Assembly: GCF_018350175.1 (NCBI RefSeq)
Contig: NC_058368.1
Location: 26,972,001-27,036,000 of the forward strand
DNA: 64,000 nt
Source of the DNA: Felis catus
Taxonomy: Eukaryota
Direction of reading: 5' to 3'
The notes below the pieces were generated by a model, which searched no databases, was not told the DNA's origin, and saw only the letters and a list, made by a program, of their open reading frames with translations. The position numbers and the translations under genes were made by a program. The stretch's first letter is position 1, and each line of letters begins with the position of its first letter. Below, in pieces: positions 61,527-64,000 of the stretch.

Positions 61527-62642
61527 TCGTGTGTCTGTTCCTCTGTAGAGCCTCAAACCAAAATCTGAACCAGAAGCCACTGTGTGTAAACATGAAGTGA
61601 TTTGTTTGGCTTGTTCATCATTCCATAGATGGCATCCTGCCATCAACTCATTTCTAAACCAATGCCCCAGTGTGATGTTAGGGGTCACCCAGCTTTTCCA
61701 TGAGATGTTACATAGAGGTCCTGAGTTGATTTGTTGATTTATTATCCACTGGGGTTTTTTAGCCCTTATAAAGTTTTGTGGTGTTTGTCCCAGTATCTGT
61801 ACAGGTTCCAGAATGAGTCATTATGCAGTCGCTTCCCAAGTTATAAGGCAGTAATGAGTTCTTTGCTTCTGTATCTGGAATGTTGGATATCAGACCTCAA
61901 AGTGCCAAAGCGATTCTTGCTTTTTAAAACTGTGAGATTGTTTTTCACAGGTCTCTTTACTAGCGTATGGGTTGGAAGCTCTGCATTTTTTCCCCAAAAG
62001 GTTAAAACTGTGAGGAGAGCTTCTCAGCATAGATGACTCATATTCCTTCTAGATCATTGGGAGACATTTTGTTTTGAATAAATATATCTTTGGTGAAATG
62101 TGCAAAAGACCTGACATGTGCTACTTGCAGTTTTCAGCCTGTTATAATTTCATGAGAAGTGCGGTGTTGATTGAAATTTTCTATTTTTGGTCTTGGTGTT
62201 GAGATAGTTTTTTGTTTTACTTTCTGCCTCAATAAAATACGAGGGGGAAAAAAACAACTGTTCATTTTTATGAAATTGTTTTTTTGTATTAAAGTTGTAA
62301 TGTTTTAAAATTTCCAAGATGCCTTTTCGTAATATAGTTTACTTGTCTAAATTTTAGTTCACAATCTATTTTGTAACCACTGAGTTTTACATTTTGTTCT
62401 TTATGCTGTGACTTGGCATTGTGCAGAATTTCTGATATTTTGCTGGCTACTCTAGGAATTAGGGCCTTTGGAGGTCTGTATTTCGAGTTTTATATTATTA
62501 TTGATGTTTTCTTGGCTTCTAAGATAGCTTCTAGATCAAGATTGGATGTGTTTACTGAAAGGTATTTATGTAGGACTTCCACTCTTAAATATTACTTGTC
62601 AAAAACAAAAAAAAGGGAACTTTCTAAAATGGGCCAACCAGT

Positions 62643-62844
62643 GGGGCACCACCTGGGTGGCTCAGTCAGTTGATTGTCCCACTTCGGCTCAGGTCATGAG
62701 CTCATGGTTCGTGAGTTCAAGCCCTGCGTCAGGCTCTGTGCTGGCAGCTCAGAGCCTGGAGCCTGCTTCAGATTCTGTGTCTCCCTCTCTCTCTCCTCCT
62801 ACCCCACTGATACTCTGGCTCTCAAAAATAAATAAACATTAAAA
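62643..62844 (+). mobile_element. CAN-SINE (SINEC_Fc family)
   Basis: TSD taaaatgggccaac (62625-62638, 62845-62858). Confidence 0.95.
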
Positions 62845-63829
62845 TAAAATGGGCCAACAACAACAACAAAACGTTATTTATGACAGTGCATCACTGCCGT
62901 GAAGTGGAAATTTTGGTGAAAACCAGTGAGATCAGTCAGGAGGGCCCCCTGGTGACCCATACGTTTCTTCTAAATCTCCTCCTCCTCTCGGAGGAGACCG
63001 CTTTGGTCTGCTTCTCGTCTGCTTCGTTGTCATGTTCTACTGCTATACAGAGTGTTGTTGAATGTTTTCTCTGCCTTATCTTTTTTCTCCTTCTTCCTCC
63101 TTTGCCTTGACAAAGGTGAATGTTCTTTATGGTTCTGTCCCTCCCTGCTTCTGGAGTAACTGAGTGTCTGTAGCTCACTTTCACTTGGTTTCTGGGCCTC
63201 TGCTGAGCAGGACAGAAAAAAAAAAACAAGAGAAGCTTTCTTTCTAGTAGCCTGTGGGGCCCCCAATCAGTCTTGCTCTGCTATAGGCCAGGTGTTGCGA
63301 GTGAGGAGACAGGGTGAGTCTCCCACATTCACACCAAGCTGTGTCCCTACCCTAGAGGCTGCTGAGTCTGTTCAGTCGGTGTGAACCAGAGTCTTCAGTG
63401 AACCCATCCCTTTGGATGGAATTTGGATATTTTGGATAAATTTTCCTAGCTCTTGCTGGTCCTGAGAGGCTGGACTCCGCCTTTCACCTCTTCAGTCAGT
63501 CGAAGGAGATCTGCTCTGACGTGGCTCAACTCTGATGGGAAATTCCTGCTGTTGTGCCTGGCCTCCTAGATTGAACCCGAAGCCCTGGCCTGATTAAACC
63601 CGAGTTTGCTGTGTCCTTCAGAACATGAACCTCAAGGATCAGCCCTAAAAGTAGGTCCCTTTCCCAAACTCTGGCCCTACCTAGCCCCGGCCCTTTGCTT
63701 CCCCGGGGATTAAGGTTTCTGTTTGGATGTGAGTTAAAACAGGCCCCTTCCCCTCTCTCTTCACCTACTCTGAAGGCTTCAGCAATGATATCCATTAGGA
63801 AATATTTGCGGAGCTCCAGTTCTGCATTG

Positions 63830-64000
63830 TCATCTGCCTGATGGACCTCTCACCTCCTTATGTTCCTCCGGTACTTTAAACTCAACGTATGTCTGAAATT
63901 GAACTCTGCCTTCCCACTCATACCAGCTCTTCCAATAGGCTTTCCTGTTATTTTCTGTACTGGCACTATCATCTGTCCTGTCTTCTATGCCAAAACTCTG
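63830..64000 (+). mobile_element. L2 LINE fragment running off the window edge
   Basis: ctgcctgatggacctctc...ctttaaactcaacgtatgtctgaaattgaactc...tggcactatcatctgtcc. Confidence 0.75.

Noticed and set aside
936..63795. Non-L1 ORFs in the six-frame track, e.g. 9714-10157, 34481-34888, 37525-37902
   Set aside because: Short, often non-ATG starts, overlapping SINE/LTR/microsatellite sequence, no recognisable domain.
1..64000. CRISPR array, prokaryotic operon, viral or horizontally transferred insert, tRNA/rRNA genes
   Set aside because: No regularly spaced repeats or long ORFs; tRNA-like A/B boxes occur only as CAN-SINE heads.

Overview
Mammalian genomic DNA from a carnivore, most likely a felid. 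It carries about 21 tRNA-derived CAN-SINEs, three of them of the young CpG-intact SINEC_Fc type, plus felid-type L1 3' ends. I found no protein-coding exon, RNA gene, CRISPR array or prokaryotic feature I can support. The only ORF-track entries with real protein similarity are decayed LINE-1 ORF1/ORF2 pieces at about 50.2-58.5 kb. Roughly half of the window, by hand annotation, is interspersed repeat: L1 (including a ~14.5-kb nested antisense L1 block at 44.1-58.8 kb), L2, MIR, MLT1 LTRs and hAT DNA transposons (Charlie4a-, MER45B- and MER103-like). The rest is unique non-coding sequence consistent with a large intron or intergenic region. The most notable unexplained signal is a ~175-bp element present twice, 60.7 kb apart (about 490-667 and 61190-61360), with a gapless 98-nt core at 73/98 identity that I cannot assign to any repeat family. 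The second copy lies next to a 64-bp (GC)11(GT)9(GC)7 Z-DNA-type tract. Repeat subfamily names are from memory of consensus sequences, not from a database search.
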